Shown piece by piece: positions 5,584-6,538 of a DNA stretch of 6,538 bases. The stretch comes from a virus (lineage: Duplodnaviria > Heunggongvirae > Uroviricota > Caudoviricetes): the IMG/VR virus record IMGVR_UViG_2663762627_000006. One strand, given 5' to 3'. A model generated the notes under the pieces. It saw nothing but the letters and a program-made list of their open reading frames with translations. It did no database searches and had not been told where the DNA came from. The number at the start of each line of letters is the position of its first letter. Positions within the stretch are counted from its first letter, which is position 1. Position numbers and translations under genes: made by a program.

Positions 5584-6080
5584 TGCCTCCATCATTACGA
5601 AAAGCCGTTGCTGCTGCTATTGGTGGCGGAGCAATTGCTATAGCATCAGTGTTAATTACTGGCCCAAGAGGTAACGATGGTCTGGAAGGTGTCAGCTACA
5701 TACCATACAAAGATATTGTTGGTGTATGGACTGTATGTCACGGGCATACAGGAAAAGACATCATGCTCGGTAAAACGTATACCAAAGCAGAATGCAAAGC
5801 CCTCCTGAATAAAGACCTTGCCACGGTCGCCAGACAAATTAACCCGTACATCAAAGTCGATATACCGGAAACAATGCGCGGCGCTCTTTACTCATTCGTT
5901 TACAACGTGGGTGCTGGCAATTTCAGAACATCGACGCTTCTTCGCAAAATAAACCAGGGCGATATCAAAGGCGCATGTGATCAGCTACGTCGCTGGACAT
6001 ATGCTGGCGGTAAGCAATGGAAAGGTCTCATGACTCGTCGTGAGATTGAGCGTGAAATCTGTTTGTGTGGTCAGCAATGA
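5583..6080 (+). CDS. rrrD: SAR endolysin (T4-lysozyme-like muramidase with N-terminal signal-anchor-release domain), 165 aa
   Basis: Gly/Ala-rich weakly hydrophobic N-terminus ([20 protein letters not shown]) followed by the catalytic E-x8-D-x5-T arrangement ([18 protein letters not shown]); immediately downstream of the pinholin. Confidence 0.9.
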   Translation: MPPSLRKAVAAAIGGGAIAIASVLITGPRGNDGLEGVSYIPYKDIVGVWTVCHGHTGKDIMLGKTYTKAECKALLNKDLATVARQINPYIKVDIPETMRGALYSFVYNVGAGNFRTSTLLRKINQGDIKGACDQLRRWTYAGGKQWKGLMTRREIEREICLCGQQ

Positions 6081-6538
6081 ACAGAGTAACCGCGATTATC
6101 TCCGCTCTGGTTATCTGCATCATCGTCGGCCTGTCATGGGCTGTTAATCATTACCGTGATAACGCCATTACCTACAAAGCCCAGCGCGACAAAAATGCCA
6201 GAGAACTGAAGCTGGCGAACGCGGCAATTACTGACATGCAGATGCGTCAGCGTGATGTTGCTGCGCTCGATGCAAAATACACGAAGGAGTTAGCTGATGC
6301 GAAAGCTGAAAATGATGCTCTGCGTGATGATGTTGCCGCTGGTCGTCGTCGGTTGCACATCAAAGCAGTCTGTCAGTCAGTGCGTGAAGCCACCACCGCC
6401 TCCGGCGTGGATAATGCAGCCTCCCCCCGACTGGCAGACACCGCTGAACGGGATTATTTCACCCTCAGAGAGAGGCTGATCACTATGCAAAAACAACTGG
6501 AAGGAACCCAGAAGTATATTAATGAGCAGTGCAGATAG
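6077..6538 (+). CDS. rzpD: Rz i-spanin (inner-membrane spanin subunit), 153 aa; stop is the last codon of the window
   Basis: ATG at 6077 overlapping the endolysin stop (ATGA); [60 protein letters not shown]... N-terminal TMD plus coiled-coil periplasmic domain, near-identical to lambda Rz as I recall it. Confidence 0.9.
   Translation: MNRVTAIISALVICIIVGLSWAVNHYRDNAITYKAQRDKNARELKLANAAITDMQMRQRDVAALDAKYTKELADAKAENDALRDDVAAGRRRLHIKAVCQSVREATTASGVDNAASPRLADTAERDYFTLRERLITMQKQLEGTQKYINEQCR
6297..6479 (+). CDS. rzoD: Rz1 o-spanin (outer-membrane lipoprotein), 60 aa, entirely embedded in the +1 frame of Rz
   Basis: [24 protein letters not shown]... lipobox VVGC with Cys20; proline-rich mature part ([13 protein letters not shown]); classic embedded Rz1 architecture. 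Confidence 0.85.
   Translation: MRKLKMMLCVMMLPLVVVGCTSKQSVSQCVKPPPPPAWIMQPPPDWQTPLNGIISPSERG

Noticed and set aside
5652-5837. 61-aa minus-strand ORF inside the endolysin gene
   Set aside because: Antisense shadow ORF within rrrD.
1-6538. CRISPR arrays, tRNA/rRNA genes, phage attachment sites
   Set aside because: No regularly spaced direct repeats with unique spacers, no cloverleaf-compatible tRNA-like segment and no rRNA-like sequence were seen; the short repeats present (571-632, 5059-5080) are only two copies and lack CRISPR architecture.

Overview
This window is a lambdoid prophage late-regulatory and lysis segment of the Escherichia/Shigella DLP12 / phage-21 type, with an IS1 copy and a compositionally foreign gene cassette at its left edge. 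Reading left to right: (1) the left-end portion of an IS1 element (1-289, minus orientation, insA running off the window); (2) an orphan 3' gene fragment and a hairpin (292-512); (3) a compact AT-rich cassette (~540-1504) carrying its own repeat-containing upstream region, one 260-aa ORF with an N-terminal HNH-type nuclease motif plus an unrecognised ~190-aa C-terminal domain, and a terminator-like hairpin. This cassette is my best candidate for an uncharacterised accessory function, possibly a single-gene anti-phage or toxin module; (4) a tightly overlapping nin-region operon on the plus strand: ylcH, ybcN (NinB family), ninE, ybcO, rusA (Holliday junction resolvase), ylcG, then the Q-like antiterminator quuD; (5) a cluster of four hairpins forming crossed convergent terminators; (6) an apparently intact porin gene nmpC on the minus strand (a moron); (7) a 589-bp AT-rich divergent regulatory region; (8) a phage-21-type lysis cassette: pinholin with a dual-start motif (essD), SAR endolysin (rrrD), and the spanins Rz with embedded Rz1 (rzpD/rzoD). 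No tRNA, rRNA or CRISPR array is seen. Gene names are from my recollection of the E. coli K-12 DLP12 prophage and phage 21/lambda proteins. No database search was run, so identities rest on motif and sequence recognition and on synteny.
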